Shown here: piece after piece, positions 12,201-27,880 of the stretch
Layout of the letters: each line of letters begins with the position of its first letter
Numbering within the stretch: the stretch's first letter is position 1
DNA from: Phoronis australis
Lineage: Eukaryota; Animalia; Phoronida
Length of the DNA stretch: 64,000 nucleotides
Reading direction: 5' to 3'
NCBI GenBank assembly: GCA_002633005.1
Contig: NMRA01000030.1
Location: 62,001 to 126,000 of the forward strand
Position numbers and translations under genes: made by a program
The notes under the pieces: generated by a model
Seen by the model: only the letters and a program-made list of their open reading frames with translations
Database searches by the model: none
Told to the model about the DNA's origin: nothing

Positions 12201-15200
12201 CATGACATACTTGATGCACTGTGTCGAGAGGTATTATTCACTACCTGCCAATAGTTGCAACCCTGAGGGTAAACCAAACTTATTTAGACTTAGTTCTAAT
12301 GATGTCATGCACATCACTTCTGAAGATGTCACACACAGCAATACTGATGCTGTCATACCCAGCACTTCTGATGATGTCATACCCAGCAATACTGATGATG
12401 TCATGCCCAGCAATACCGATGATGTCATACCCAGCAGCACATTACGTTATGAGGATTGACAATATGTCTTTAAACAGTCAAGAATTCGTGTTGAATTTCA
12501 GGCAGTCCATTGAAGCAAGAAGTAAAGAAATTTACCACAAGCTAAAGACTGCAGGAGTTGGCACGAGACCTATCATTATGATTGGACATTCCATGGGAGG
12601 TAACTACTACGTTTAGGCCTCTTCTCTTTTGTGGGGGAAAATAATTATGACAATAATTTTCCATCATTTTACATAGTCCTTGCCACACTAAGCATTATTT
12701 GATTTTGGGGAATTCGTCTTGGGCGTTGCCGTCATTTTTCAAATGGAATTGTTGTTGGCTTGTAAACATCTGATGACATTAAGCAAAACTTGGTGACGTG
12801 GAAACAATGCGAGGGAAAACACCTGATCATGATGCTGGTAAGTGCATACACCATATTGCCCATGGTACATTACTTGCTCAGTATCAAAAAGGGGAATCGT
12901 GAGCTAAAAGAGCCGAGCTCAGATTACATGGGCAAGGTAACTGGCCTCTGCTAAGATGGTTATATTAAAACACAAACATCCAAAATCAAAAAGTCGTAAG
13001 TTTAAGACGTGGGTTTGCATGAATTTTCAATATAAATTCTATATAGATTATGTGTGAAAATTTCGAGTTGATCCAATAAGAACTTTAGCAAGCAAAAAAG
13101 CAAATTTTTTGACAAAGCAACAGACTTGGAGAAATTTCGTTTCACCAAGTAACGATTCTTGATCAAAGTTTGTCTGCAACTTTGCTGGCTGTGCCAATTA
13201 ATGCAAATATTGTTGATTAGCATGCTATTTAAAAAACTGGGTGACCTACCTGTGGGCTGAGCGACTTGACTTTCTGAGTCAGTCGACCAGCTGACCTAGG
13301 TATATTCCTGGGATAGAATGTTGTCGTGGAGAACTGAGAAAAAAAATGTTGACAACGCTGGGAACTGTATACCCCATTAAACAGGGAATGCAATGCACTA
13401 GCTCACAGTCTTCTACTTTAATCAGTACTATATGTTTGAGCCCTCTCTCTCGCTATACAATACTCGTACAGGAACACAGTAAATGGGTGAATACCTAATG
13501 CTGTCTGCTCTTTGCAGGCTTGTTGGTCAAAGAAATGCTGGTTAACCACGTGGACTTCTCGCGTCAGGCCGTGGGATGTATCTTTTACGGAACACCTCAT
13601 TTTGGTTCGCCACTGGCTGATTCTTCTTCGCAGGGCATATCACGTAGAGTCCTGTCTCCTAGTACCGAGGTCACCGAGTTAAAAACAGGTAAACGCCGAT
13701 ATCAGTTTTATTATTTTTTATCCAGTTGCCATACTTTGTGAATGTGGCATATTTGTGTGCAGCAGTTTTCCAGTTCAATCTATAGCAATTTCATGTATTC
13801 ACAAATTCAAACAAGTTTGTTGATGTTATACTCTGTTCGTTAACTAAATGTGGTCGACAGACAAATGTTTGCTTATCATTACATTCTATGGTCAAAAATG
13901 AAACTCACAAAACACATCACAGGAAATAGTCCCAAAATTTTCCTTGCCTTACCTGCGAATGACATTTTGGATGCTTTGTCCGACTAAAAATCTCCGACGT
14001 TTTACCTGTCAGTGTGCAAATGTTAAGGGATGGAAGTTTGTTTAATTCTGATGATTTAATGGAGAAGTTTGAGACTGTGTGAACTAAGTTGCCTTATTTA
14101 TATTTGTGTGTCAGGTAGAAAGAGTATTGTGAATTTAATTGAATCTAGTCTGCTGAACAATACTCACAAACCGCCCTCCCCCGATTTTTTGGATTCGCCA
14201 ATTTAACCGCCCAGGGCGTTAACCCGAACGATTACGGTAAATTCTTAGAAGACAGTAAGAAAGAAATGTGCTGCTCTGACAACAAAACGCTTGAAGCTGT
14301 TTTGGACTTTGTGTCTGTCAAAACGCATTCATTTAGACCACTAGCTTTTATAAAATTGGTCAATAATTTCAGTCTCATTCAGATTCAAAATGATAGTGCA
14401 AATAACTGTAATAGGTTAAGACCAAAGTCAATAAAGGTGCTAAACTCAGCTGGTTCTTATGCACTGTGCATGACCTCAGTGTCGTTTCTTTGCAAGTCAT
14501 TAGGCAAATCATTGATGTTGTAAGGGAAACATGATCAGTCTTCATCAAACGGGTTATTTAAGGTTAACCTCCACTGATTCCGTCAGGCCATCATTAATGT
14601 TGGAAGCAAATTCATATTATTTGTGAGTTGTGTTCTGGACAGTGTGCTGCTGGAGGGCTCAGAATTAAAGCTACCGCAAGTTGTAATTTCACTATTTTTG
14701 GTACATGCACTTCAAAAACAAATTTTGAATGTTATTTATGTTAAAGAAGGATGCTCCCAACATAAATACAAAAATAAATAGAGCATTGTTTGAGAAGTGA
14801 GAAAAGATTGCTTTGTAACATGAGCGAACAAAACCCAGAAAGGAATTCCACGCTCTGTGTGATGCTGTCTCCACTTTCACAACAGAAAACTGAGATGTGT
14901 CCAAAATTAAAGTAACTGCCGCGACTACATGCATCAAGTTGGTTTTCAAATTCGCTATTTTCACCTATTGCTGAGAAATAAGTTTTATTGTGATTAAAAA
15001 ACAAACTCAGGCCATTTATGTTCAGTTCTTTTACATTGGGTTTCACAGACTGTGGTTTCATACCAGCTTTAATATCTTTCCAAAATTTTCTCTAGACTCA
15101 CCGGCTTTGTTGACACTGCACATGAAGTTTAAAGAGTTGTGCAGCAAAATGAATCTCGCATGTCTCAGCTTCGGTGAAACACAGAAAACATCAGTCGGCC

Positions 15201-16264
15201 TCAATGTTCAGCTCAACATTGTACCTCTACAGTCTTCTGGTAACAGCTTTACAGTAACTCTTCTTGAAATACGAACATGAACTAATCTTTACATATAAGG
15301 TTTTCCAATTTTTTAAATGCCAAGTTCAATTTTGATTTCAAAAGGTACATCCGTTTGTTTTTCATAATCGCTGCTAACTCTTCTTGGAAATCTGATCAAC
15401 TAATATCTTTTAGGAAAACACCATATTTAGTTTTCCTTAGAACGTACATTAATTCTTGCTGAAAATATTTGCCGTTTCATAAATGTTTGTTAGAAGACTG
15501 ATATTGCTTACCAAAGTACATGACTGTATGCATTGTAGGTAAGAAAATGACATTATCATTTGATGGTTTGATGCTGTAGTGCTTCACTGGATGTCAGATG
15601 TCTAAAAGGGAGCGCCACCACAATTTCTGAAATACAAATGTTAGCAAAACCCCTAAAAATGTCGTGCCGGTGGCATTTTTAACTAGGCAGGATATGTCAG
15701 GGCTCTCTTAAATCTGCCTTTGGTCTGGGGCCAGTTCCAAGAAAAACTTCTTAGTTAAAACAAATCTTAAATTTCAGTCTATTTAAAGATAAAACTTAAA
15801 TTCAAGAAAGATATTCTAAGTTTGAGTTACGGATATATGTTTTTGACTTAAGTTTTTTTCTTAATTTTAACTGTGGAAGTCTTGCGAGATTTGGAAGTTT
15901 TAAAGTTTGAAAGTTGAGACAATGAACTGTCAGTTTCTTGGAAGGAGACCCTGTGTTGCTTTGAGAAAGAGGTACCTAGCCTGAAACAGATACAATATAA
16001 TAAACAATTTGTCCTATAGGTATAATTTTAATTGTACAGTTTTATCTCTCTAACATTTTAAACATGCTTTTGTATTTTCCACTAGACCCAGGTGTAGGCG
16101 AGTTCTTCAGTCTCGATTGCAATCACCTGGATGTTTGCAAGCCTTCCAGCAGGCACTCTCACCTGTATCAGAGAACGAGAATTTTCATACAGAGGTGTAT
16201 CAGCAGGATTAAACCAAGGGATAATGTTAAAGACGAAGAATTTGATTACTGCTTGCTGTATTAG
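199..16264 (+). CDS. SERAC1: SERAC1-like serine active site-containing protein 1 (mitochondrial phosphatidylglycerol remodelling alpha/beta hydrolase), 5'-partial, spliced
   Basis: Exons joined at GT-AG with consistent phases: 199-259 (tentative), 876-1059, 1608-1739, 4768-4886, 6032-6151, 6941-7054, 7815-7977, 9008-9158, 10268-10427, 12001-12101, 12502-12599, 13518-13688, 15096-15239, 16086-16264 (TAG); ~630 codons. Blocks recognised from SERAC1: DLRFF..PP, GAWCFGG, GVFVLHPQ, DIIFIHGLLGGTFKTWRQ, WPKDWL, GVGTRP..GHSMGGLLVK, IFYGTPHFGS, NHLDVCKP..LYQRT. Confidence 0.93.
876..1059 (+). CDS. SERAC1: SERAC1 exon (FRVMLLNLV...KVYMPA)
   Basis: tttcttag acceptor, cag|gtagat donor, phase 1 fits the next exon; poorly conserved; alternative acceptor at 916. 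Confidence 0.65.
1608..1739 (+). CDS. SERAC1: SERAC1 exon (VQLFQRFK...LLMLSRSADPRVHIAAVVSMANTEDWT)
   Basis: ttttcag acceptor, cag|gtttg donor; matches the LLLRKSKSDD..RLEAVREM..HW region. Confidence 0.85.
2612..2782. repeat. ~39-41 bp tandem repeat (tttatgggttgtatgagagagcatagccaaagtattgtg), ~4 copies
   Basis: Repeated units read directly; the ga run length varies. Confidence 0.9.
3345..4392. repeat. 19-bp G-rich minisatellite (gacgtgcggcacggtgagg) with a 133-bp (7-mer) higher-order repeat
   Basis: Variant marker gtatgttgag recurs at 3451, 3584, 3717, 3850, 3983, 4116 (exact 133 spacing); degenerate edges. Confidence 0.97.
4768..4886 (+). CDS. SERAC1: SERAC1 exon (DADYLLVSQAID...LARYPDVDLRFFRQPPP)
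   Basis: ccaacag acceptor, aag|gttatt donor; conserved LAR..DLRFF..PP. Confidence 0.9.
6032..6151 (+). CDS. SERAC1: SERAC1 exon (STARKWEQLK...YLTMSALEEGRNEE)
   Basis: ttttccag acceptor, gag|gtaaac donor, phase 0-0. Confidence 0.88.
6235..6620. repeat. 38-bp minisatellite (gatatcatgatgtg[g/t]ctaggtcacacagttctccactg), ~10 copies
   Basis: Period 38 (e.g. 6481 to 6519); units alternate gtggct/gtgtct. Confidence 0.95.
6734..6783. repeat. 12-bp tandem repeat (ctattgtattca) x4
   Basis: Read directly. Confidence 0.9.
6941..7054 (+). CDS. SERAC1: SERAC1 exon (SGAWCFGG...LEAIASHSQ)
   Basis: tttttag acceptor, caa|gtgaga donor; conserved WCFGG. Confidence 0.92.
7143..7335. repeat. Degenerate AT-rich tandem repeat (taggatgtattgtagtaataatgatattgt)
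   Basis: ~5 imperfect copies. Confidence 0.8.
7815..7977 (+). CDS. SERAC1: SERAC1 exon (ARM-like: IAVHCRQM...IVANISYVDDLHHDLFMS)
   Basis: tttaag acceptor, cag|gtatg donor. Confidence 0.9.
9008..9158 (+). CDS. SERAC1: SERAC1 exon (GWIRPL...NMDR...GVFVLHPQQRN)
   Basis: tttttag acceptor, ga|gtaagt donor; conserved GVxVLHPQ. Confidence 0.92.
10268..10427 (+). CDS. SERAC1: SERAC1 exon (ADIIFIHGLLGGTFKTWRQ...WPK)
   Basis: ttgacag acceptor, aag|gtaaat donor; HG oxyanion-hole strand of the hydrolase domain. Confidence 0.95.
10710..11020. mobile_element. Foldback/MITE-like element in a SERAC1 intron
   Basis: 28-bp perfect terminal IR (aacagcttattatttaaaatgacttatt / aataagtcattttaaataataagctgtt) extending imperfectly inward; internal gggccc subrepeats; no clear TSD. 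Confidence 0.8.
12001..12101 (+). CDS. SERAC1: SERAC1 exon (DWLPKDFHNVRILAVDYDSHLSTW)
   Basis: attccag acceptor, aa|gtgagt donor. Confidence 0.95.
12298..12437. repeat. 24-bp tandem repeat (gatgatgtcatacccagcaatact), ~5-6 copies, intronic
   Basis: Read directly; explains the spurious ORFs at 12202-12459. Confidence 0.9.
12502..12599 (+). CDS. SERAC1: SERAC1 exon carrying the nucleophile motif GHSMG
   Basis: atttcag acceptor, gag|gtaact donor; GxSxG lipase motif. Confidence 0.96.
13518..13688 (+). CDS. SERAC1: SERAC1 exon (GLLVKEML...IFYGTPHFGSPLA...PSTEVTEL)
   Basis: tttgcag acceptor, cag|gtaaac donor. Confidence 0.95.
15096..15239 (+). CDS. SERAC1: SERAC1 exon (DSPALLTLH...FGET...IVPLQSS)
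   Basis: ttctctag acceptor, ctg|gtaac donor. Confidence 0.95.
15728..15950. mobile_element. MITE, PIF/Harbinger-like (CTG flanks)
   Basis: Imperfect IR gggccagttccaagaaa / tttcttggaaggagacc flanked by CTG on both sides; a similar terminus occurs at ~54354. Confidence 0.55.
16086..16264 (+). CDS. SERAC1: SERAC1 last coding exon (DPGVG...NHLDVCKP...LYQRT...LLY*)
   Basis: ccactag acceptor, probable catalytic His motif, TAG stop. Confidence 0.95.
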
Positions 16265-16715
16265 GACATAAGGATACAGTTTTAAGAGATTGTGTCACGA
16301 TATTTACTAGATTAGTTTTAATACTTAGATCAAAGGACAAGAAACTCACTCTTGTAGGGCATCTCTACTAAGATTTTAGAATGTACAACAAGGTTTTCAT
16401 AAAAAAGCATGTTTATTGTTCTATATCCAGATGACTTCATTATTGTACATTTTGTCATGGACTCGGTTATTGTTGGATATTACCTTTATATTGATAATGA
16501 ATTATTTTACCTGTGATGTGCCACGCTACTAGTTGGCTGGTATTGTGTCAGTGGTGCTCAGAGATGTCTCGTAGTTTGTTAGGCGACATGTTCACAAAGT
16601 GTTGATCGTTTTACACCAGCTCAAAGTATAGCCTGAGATAATGTTGCATTTTTATACATGGCCTTCACTTACTATGTATTTTATTTTGATACATTAGACA
16701 TTATAGACATAACTT

Positions 16716-16721
16716 AATAAA
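16716..16721 (+). terminator. Candidate polyadenylation signal of SERAC1
   Basis: AATAAA (overlapping aataaataaa) ~450 nt after the stop codon. Confidence 0.55.
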
Positions 16722-17551
16722 TAAATATAATCTAGCTGCTGTCACTTCAGAAGCTTAATGTTAACTATTGATTGTACAAAAAATTCAAAATGTCTGAAAT
16801 TATTTTTTTCTGTCTCCTTTCAACACATGGTGCCAGTTTTCATGTTCCATAGGTCATTCCACAGTCATCACTGTTTACTGGTCTTTATTTTTTACTTGGA
16901 TTTATTGCCTGTTAATCTTAAGTTACCTCCCTCGCCTATTGTGAAAAGTCACCATTTCATCTCATTTAATTCCTTTCAACTGGTGACTTGAACCACACCC
17001 TTCACACAATGGTCATGGCAACAATTTTGGTATGATGTTTTGAACATTTCTTCTTCAATTTATGTACTTTTAATTAAGAAATAAACACAAAAGTTAAAAA
17101 AAATAATTTTTGGGTGACGTCACTCAGTGCCTGGCTGGATCCCTCTCCGCCATTGTGTAGTTTCTTATGCCAGCTGCCAGTCATGAGTTCATTGAATATT
17201 ATCAAAAGTTGCTTGTGCAGAGGATGCTGTAACAGCAATCAACAGACAATATTTCTGTTTTTGCATTTCCAAACCGAGACCTTAAGGTTGCCCCAGAAAG
17301 GGCCTAACTTCGTATATCGGACACGGGTATGGCAGTACACGTTGTAGTCAGCCAGCCAGCTAGTATGAAGACTATCGTATATTTATTATACAGCTTTGTA
17401 CCAAGGCTATACACGTTGGAGCAAGTTCAGGAGCCGCAATGTGCTCCGCCCTCTTGGAAGAATCGTGCTTCGATATGTTGCAGAAATGGAGATTTTAAGG
17501 TTTCTTCAACGTTTGTCAATGCCCAATAGTTGAAAATAGGATGTAGATGCC

Positions 17552-17801
17552 CAGTGGCAGATCTACGTTTTCAGTAAGGGCGGGGGGGGGTTGGGCGTTA
17601 GGATTCGAATCCGAGGCGCGTAGCGCCGAGCGGAAAGAAGGTCGGGAGGGTGTAACATTTTTTGTGGTTTTTAGTACCTGATTTCATTTTTCTGGCGAAA
17701 TTTGTTTCAGTTTTTATTTTTGATCCTGTCCCGAGGGGAGGGTTCAGTTTGAACCCCCTGAACCCCCCCCCCCCCNCCCCCCCCCCGTAGATCCGCCTCT
17801 G
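17552..17801. mobile_element. Non-autonomous DNA transposon, CAGTGGCRGATCT family
   Basis: TIR cagtggcagatcta / tagatccgcctctg; 6-bp TSD GATGCC; body homologous to 19592-19823. Confidence 0.88.
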
Positions 17802-18840
17802 GATGCCACGCCACATAATCTGAGGTCATGACCGCAGTCGGCAGAGAGACAGGAGTCGGACACTGAACATAATCAACGGTACAAAGCTTTCATAATTTTG
17901 GAACTGACAAGACAGAAACGAGTATCATTTACCAGAAACACAATCCAGTAAGCATCAGTATAATTAGATATGACTGTTCCTGACAAACAAACTCGGCATT
18001 TGAAGAAATTAAATCAGTGTCGATCCGCTCAATATTCGCGCCGACTGGGCTTTGTCAGGGTAAAAACTTCGATTAGATTTACAAATCGAGACAAATATAA
18101 CTCGACACTAAAGTGGTTAGAAAATTAAATCCCTATTCAGTAAAAGGCTTTAATTACCACTCTGACTGAAATCAGAACTGTCCGCAGACTGAGTAGGTTC
18201 CTGACCGGCTTCACTCGCCGAATACGCCGGAGGATCGTGTTCGTGCGTCCTCAAACACGCAAAGGCTTATCGATATGGGGAGGTCTAACTGGTTACCTGT
18301 TTTACTTAGGGCCTGAGTGTCGTCTTCACCCCCATCTTAACACCTGTCTTCATAACACTGGTTAAGCTCGTAACTTACAAAAACACTACTATCCGCAATT
18401 GAATATATACTGTTAACTGACCTACGTCTTCTGCTGATGACATCACTTGGCGGGAAACCAAAAAAAAACATTTTTTTTTAAATTGAAAATTCCTCAACTT
18501 TTTCCCAAAATAAGTGCCTGTTTAATTAGATTTTGTGTTATTTTAAAATTATTATACACTATAAAACCTAAAGAAGTGCAAAAATCCATTGTAGAAACGC
18601 TTTAAGACAAATCCTCAAAATTATATTTTGCTTTTTAGGTGGAGGCACGACTAAAACATTGCCAAGGGTACATGCGCCCACCCAGGGGGGTTCGAAGGAG
18701 CTCCCCCCCCCCCCCCCNAGAAATTCGAGCCCCCCCCCCCCATATTAAAGGCTGTCAGACGTTAACTACAACATAGCAAAGTCAGCCAACGGGATAGCAG
18801 GACTGAACGTCATCCCTAAGAGCTTTGTTACAGAGATGTC

Positions 18841-18846
18841 TTTATT
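18841..18846 (-). terminator. Candidate polyadenylation signal of the CYP gene
   Basis: tttatt on + = AATAAA on -, ~55 nt after the stop. Confidence 0.6.
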
Positions 18847-18899
18847 GGTAAATGATTAAACCTTTAGTAATAATTATCCGGTTTCTGTAGCACTGGGGA

Positions 18900-23164
<4,265 letters not shown>

Positions 23165-23222
23165 CTCCAGTAAATAGGCCAATCAGTTCTGTTTTCAATA
23201 GCACACAATGGTTGTCACTCCG

Positions 23223-23228
23223 TTTATA
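23223..23228 (-). promoter_or_regulatory. TATA box candidate for the CYP gene
   Basis: gcTATAAAcg on the - strand ~60 nt upstream of the ATG. Confidence 0.6.
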
Positions 23229-23291
23229 GCAGTGCGGCAAGACGCGATAGGCCTAGTAGTGACTTCGACGATAGTAGAGCCGCGCTTCGCA

Positions 23292-23304
23292 TGATCAAAG
23301 TCCA
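23292..23304. promoter_or_regulatory. HNF4-type DR1 element (TGATCAAAGTCCA)
   Basis: Contains the HNF4-specific core CAAAGTCCA ~65 nt upstream of the TATA box. Confidence 0.45.
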
Positions 23305-24667
23305 CCTATCCTAGTCAATACGTATCGAGGACAACCCTAAAGGATGCAGGTATTTTTAAAACTGGCAGCGCAGCCGGCTCTCTGACAACCCTGCTGAAAA
23401 GTCGTAAGCTATACTTGGTGAACGAAGGCCAAGTGGTCCCTCAGCATACGCACGCCCAGTCGGAATCCGTATAGGACGGTCGCAATTCACATGCTCAGCG
23501 ATTACATATAATGCACTAACTCCTTGTTCCTCGTGCCTTCAGTACATAACGCAACTCCTTGGATTATTTGCTGCTTGGAATGATCATTGAGTGGCAACAA
23601 GATCTTGTTTCGGCACTGGCTGGTGTCACTGGCCAGGCGTCAGTCCGAGCTTCGCCGACGATCACACGTCGCTCGTTACCTATTTCGTGTCCAGAAGTAG
23701 TTACCCTACTGGGGTTTGCACTATGTCACTGAACAGTCGACGCAGGTGATGCGTTGACGTTTTCAAAGTCGTAACAAATTGCTTGTTCAGTGTTGTATAA
23801 ACGACACATTGCACAAGAGTACGAATAAGTCACTTTGGTACATATGTACCGAAGTTGCACTTCGATCTGCATAATCTCAAAACCACATACAATTGTGCTG
23901 CGAGACTATTCACTCTTGTACCGAGCGCCACCTGTACTGGCGGGAGTGATGAAAGTGGCGAATGAGAGGCGTGCTGAGTCGAGGCAACGTTTGCGATGCT
24001 TTACAAGGTACAAAAAAGCGAGAAAGTCCATCGGAAGGTGGTTGCACCTTCCCTATAACTGAAAATTTAAAGAGTGATTCTCGCTGCATTTTAATCAGAC
24101 ATGAACGTGCAATATCGCCAAATATTTTAATATAAATTTGAAAATTATTAAAAATCCTGTATGAAAAAGATCGGCTAAAACACGAAAACTTGACGGATTG
24201 GATGCAAAAAATCGGAAAGAAAGAACCATTCGAGGTCGTGAAGTAAATGAGTTTTTCAAGTTCATGCACGTCTGGCACTTTTAAGATGACAAGTCCCCAA
24301 GCTTGGGGGTACATGATCCGACTTGATTAGTGTTCAAATTCAATAAAATGAAACAAATGTGTACTGAACTTTTTTATGAGACATCAGAGATGTATGTCCT
24401 GATGTCCCCTCCCCCCATACTGACCTCATTGCTCCAGTAAAATTAGTTGGTAACATAACACAGTCTCGGTGTTAATATGTTCAATGTGTAGCTATGACGG
24501 AATAAGGACTTTGCCGGATGAGGATGTCGAAATATGTCAGTTTTGTGGCAAAGAATGATTTTTGTTTCTCAGTAAAAGTATTACTTTGTCTAAAAATGCT
24601 CATATTATTTTTCCACAGTTTAGTTCAGTCACAACATGTTGCAGTAGTGCCAGCAATACTATTTAAT

Positions 24668-24778
24668 CTTCCAATATTGTCAGAGTATCAATTCCAATAT
24701 TGTCATAATGTCAATTCCAACATTGTAATAATATCAATTCCAATATTGCCTTAATATCAATTCCAATATTGTCACAAT
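24668..24778. repeat. 23-bp tandem repeat (ttccaatattgtcataatatcaa) x5
   Basis: ttccaa at 24669, 24692, 24715, 24738, 24761. Confidence 0.9.
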
Positions 24779-27700
24779 ACCATGATTTTCATCAAAGACA
24801 TGAACAAGTGAACCGGCGAACTCAGTCGACGGGCTGTGACTAATATGAATTTGAAAACAATGACAGAGGAGGGGGGAGATAGAGGGGTGTTGATACGTTT
24901 ATTAACTTATATAACATATTAGTGAAATACAATAAAGAAAAAACACATTTGTACATTTATGTATATATGTAATCATTTACTATACATACATTTGACTTAC
25001 GATTAGAAGTATTACAGCAGACACCAGTTGTATAAGTATTATAAAACAAATTAATAAATGACTTAGCGAAATTTAATTTTCAGTCACAACTAAACACGAA
25101 TTTCCGACTGAAGACAAATGTTTGTCTTAAAACTCGCGTCCAAACGGTTAGTACATGTTAATGAAGCAGGTCCCAGGATGCAACGTGGGCTGAGATAAAT
25201 GTAAGTGCGCATTAAGTATTTTGTGGAGAGCGGAAGGTCTTTCGTGGTAAAGATTCCACTTCCGTGCTAAGCGCTCCAGTTGCGTGGTAAGTGTTATGTC
25301 AGTGGTCTGATAGTCATAGAATGGAATTAAAATTTGGAAATTCCATTGGCTTCAGTGACTGTTGACTGGTCAAAGTTGCGAACTGTGTATCAGGACAATG
25401 ACTGATAACTCTCTCTGACAACAATAGATGGCAGGCTTTGTATCGTCAGCTGAACGGTACCTTTTCAGTGACAATGTTTTCTTTACTTTTGGCGTTTTTC
25501 CTTAACGTTATGTTTCACTTGAGTAAGTCATTGTTTTAAAGTTACAAGCCTGGATATAACGACTCGCTTTCAGAGCTAAATATTTATATTTTAAAGTACC
25601 GTCATTTATTTGTGTAGCAATTAAAAAGTGAAACTTTATTCAATCGGCTGAGAACTTTATTCCATAAACTGAGAACCTGATTTTTCGAAGACTTTTATTT
25701 GTCTCCAATTTACAGTAAATGAATCATGATGTCAGTAAGTGCATGGGATTTCATATCAAGCAATGTAACTGGTGAAAACTGAAAATGTTTTATAGTTGTT
25801 CAAAGTGAGCCACTGTCCTATCAGTGGACGATGAAGGAATATCCCGTGAATGTTGCTGTAAAGACTGAAGGTATATGGATGAGCTCAGCGATTATCATAG
25901 AATTGAATTTTCTTGCTAGATAATAATTTCAAAACGCGGTTATTATGTTTTTCTAGAATCTGCTAGCATCACATTTTAAATAATGGTTAATCTTCACACT
26001 AGCGAGTGAGAGATTTTCTTTGTTGTTGTTTGGTTTTGGCCGGCATACTCCGCAAACTCTTTGATGCTTTTATTATAAAAATTTGCCTTGCAAACACAGA
26101 TCAACTCGTTCCAAAAAAATAACTGTTTACGGACAAAATTTTAATTTTAGTACGATTAGAGAAAATAGAAGTTAATCTGATTCTTGAAATCCCTGTTCGA
26201 AATTCTTACATCATTGCCTAAAGAAATATAAGACAGTACTTTGCCCGAATGACGTCCAACTGATTCATAAATTACTAAAATAGGTCAGTTGTGAATTTTC
26301 ACGGATACGTTGATAAATCAAGTACATAGAATCAGCATTTTGGATAATTTCACATTCACTGCGCTTTTAAACAAAGAAATCGCCGTAACACGTCTCAGAT
26401 CTGTTTTAATGACTTTTGACCCGTTTTCTATGCGGAAGGTCAACAAATGAAGTCAGCGGTCATTGACTTGGTCTGTGACCTGTATGAAAATATCGGCTAT
26501 GTCTTCCAACTGTAATCATTATGTAAGGACCGACCAAAACATGATTACCGCAAAACATCTCATGAGAGCAGTCTGAAAAGCACTTAGCGCATGGCTAGGC
26601 ACTTGTTATCCTAGGCGCTATAATGACACGCGACAAAACTGTCACACCACGCGAGGTTTGGGCGAGTTATTAATGTTGCGCACAAAAAAAAATGCCTCAA
26701 GGGTCAACAAAATCACACTTTCTGTCAAAAAACAACTTTTAGTTCAGGACACAAATATCTGTTTCGTCTCATTCCTTCCTCATGAAAGAATGAAAAGAAA
26801 TGACAGGTTACCACTGCTTCACACCACCGCCAGTTGCTAGTCAGGGCGGGCCAGTTTGGGTCGCTAGAACAGTATGTGTCGCCGAGGCGACTTCCTGGCG
26901 ATTTATTGTCACTAATTTGAATTCAAGCAAAGAACAAGAAAGCAATGGCGTTGCTTTGGAATCATAGCAAATAGACTTGCAAAGAAAGTTGTTTCTAACA
27001 CCAAAACTAGGACAGCAGCAGCAGCACCCCCAATATCAGATTTAGCTGCATTTTCAAATTCAACCCAAGATCAAAACAATGACTTTTTACCTGAATTGTA
27101 AAAAAACGCTTCCCGCACTTACAAAAGCCTATTTTATCATACCAAACACAACTCGATGGGAGACCTCGTGAATTTGAATACAAAATGTACAAATATAGCA
27201 GTATCCGTGCCTTTTTGTCAACACTTATCGACAACAGAGAAAATTTAAGGAAAATTTGCCCTCTAACTCTGTCCAACCATTAATTAACCGCTGAACTCCA
27301 GTGGTCAATTACATAGGTCGCCATTACTAGAACGTTGCCCGGGGGCATTGACTTAAAGAATTATAATGTTTTGTTAGATACTTTTTTACGTGATGCGTTA
27401 ACAATGACGGTCGTGAATTGTCTGTCGTTGTCAATCAATCACCGTTGACAGATGCACCATTGCGACAGTGTTGCACAACGTGTGGATATGGTCGCAGTCA
27501 GACCATACACAGTTTTTACACTGGACGACTTCTCCATAAATACACAGGAATACATTTTAATTGCGGAAGAATATTATAGCCTGTAGTATAGAGTAATAGT
27601 TGCGTTAAAATTGTTTCTCATCTCAGTGAAGTGAAAATTTGTTAAAGGAACTTTATTGTTTTACGATGGAAAAACAAATTTGGTATCATTTTGACAGGCT

Positions 27701-27785
27701 TTTTGAAGCAGTTGATTACAAATGGCCAATTCTCGCCTTTGTTTGTTAGGCCGTTGACTTAACTAGTTAAATACGTATAAAATAT

Positions 27786-27880
27786 CGTGGTGTCTAGTGA
27801 GTGGGATTTCACTTAAGTCAACAAAGAGTGGGGCTGCGACGCCAGGGTTCCTGGTTCGATTCCGCGCTGGAACTGAACTC
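27786..27880 (+). mobile_element. Possible tRNA-derived SINE head fragment
   Basis: B-box GGTTCGATTCC at 27853-27863 and a weak A-box-like segment; no cloverleaf. Confidence 0.35.

Noticed and set aside
12202-12459. ORFs with DDVIPSNT repeats
   Set aside because: 24-bp intronic tandem repeat between phase-matched SERAC1 exons.
18430-18460. Hammerhead-like ctgatga...gaaac
   Set aside because: No stem II or stem III pairing.
23165-23182. TTG start given by the ORF track for the CYP
   Set aside because: Eukaryotic gene; the in-frame ATG at 23164 gives a normal 501-aa P450.
27786-27880. tRNA gene
   Set aside because: B-box only; no acceptor or anticodon stems could be folded.
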